Assembly: GCA_040954595.2 (NCBI GenBank)
Contig: CM082581.2
Coordinates: forward strand, 11,902,286-11,966,285
Length of the DNA stretch: 64,000 bases
Source: Balanoglossus misakiensis
Lineage: Eukaryota > Animalia > Hemichordata
Reading direction: 5' to 3'
Shown here one piece after another: positions 63,701-64,000 of this stretch (positions are counted from its first letter, which is position 1; each line of letters begins with the position of its first letter). Under the pieces are notes generated by a model. The model was not told the DNA's origin and did no database searches. It saw nothing but the letters and a program-made list of their open reading frames with translations. The position numbers were made by a program, and so were the translations under genes.

Positions 63701-64000
63701 AGGCTTGTTGCAGCTTTGAAAGCAAGCCCTTCAATAAACTGGTGACAACTAATGTACTGAAGGTTTACAACCAATGAAACTATTTTGAGACATTCAACCT
63801 GCAAAGCAGTCCCATTTCCAACCCAGAGTGAATATTAGCTCATTTTTGTTGCGTAATCTTTCAGGGATTTGAGCGTGTCTTCAACACCCTGCCAGATATC
63901 CACCTAGATGTGCCTTCTGCCTACGTTCTGATGGAACGTTTTGCAGATATCTGCGTTAAAGAGCAGTTGATGTCTGAGAAAATGAGAGCTAAGGTGCCAG
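54705..64000 (+). CDS. PDCD4: Programmed cell death 4 (eIF4A-binding, two MA3 domains); 3' end beyond the window
   Basis: Exons 54705-54990, 59832-59935, 60988-61104, 61609-61833, 62176-62273, 62732-62846, 63024-63131, 63349-63459, 63865->64000. Signatures RKSRMGRGRGLPKKGGAGGKGTWG, DPNYD, PIIQEYFEHGDT, LDTPDAP, ARAVADDCLPP, WGVGGG, LEVPHFHHELVYEA, LDVPSAY. Confidence 0.95.
60662..60683. repeat. (AC)n microsatellite in a PDCD4 intron
   Basis: About 11 AC units. Confidence 0.8.
61471..61563. repeat. Minisatellite, 3 x 31 bp, in a PDCD4 intron
   Basis: Units at 61471, 61502 and 61533; consensus GATAATCTNTTGAGAGATTTTTCTTGGAAGT. Confidence 0.85.

Noticed and set aside
1-64000. tRNA, rRNA, snoRNA genes and autonomous transposase or reverse transcriptase ORFs
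   Set aside because: None recognised by eye; small ncRNAs cannot be excluded without tRNAscan-SE or Infernal.

Overview
Intron-rich, AT-rich eukaryotic (metazoan) genomic DNA. The gene set and the mosaic CpG depletion suggest an invertebrate, probably a non-vertebrate deuterostome; that taxonomy is inference only. I reconstructed eight protein-coding genes by hand from splice sites and frame continuity. In order: the last exon of a CYP26-like P450 (+); a complete 4-exon CYP26-like paralog (-), tail-to-tail with the first; an SLC16/MCT transporter (+); a FAX/FAXC metaxin-GST-fold gene (+); a 19-coding-exon alpha-catenin (+); an orphan class A GPCR (-); an HMG20-like gene (-); and PDCD4 (+), head-to-head with the HMG20-like gene and running off the window end. 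The most striking feature is a 1784-nt exon that puts about 595 aa into the alpha-catenin linker between the M domain and the actin-binding domain. It encodes a Pro/Ser/Thr-rich segment followed by 27 tandem 8-residue GxDG[KR]P-type repeats, giving a predicted ~1479-aa alpha-catenin. Other unusual points: a GC-AG intron in alpha-catenin; a CYP26-like enzyme lacking the I-helix Glu-Thr pair; an HMG20-like protein with an inserted matrin-type zinc finger; a PDCD4 lacking the vertebrate betaTrCP degron; a TTAA-flanked non-autonomous DNA transposon; and a pre-miRNA-sized intronic hairpin. No database searches were run; family calls rest on recalled motifs.
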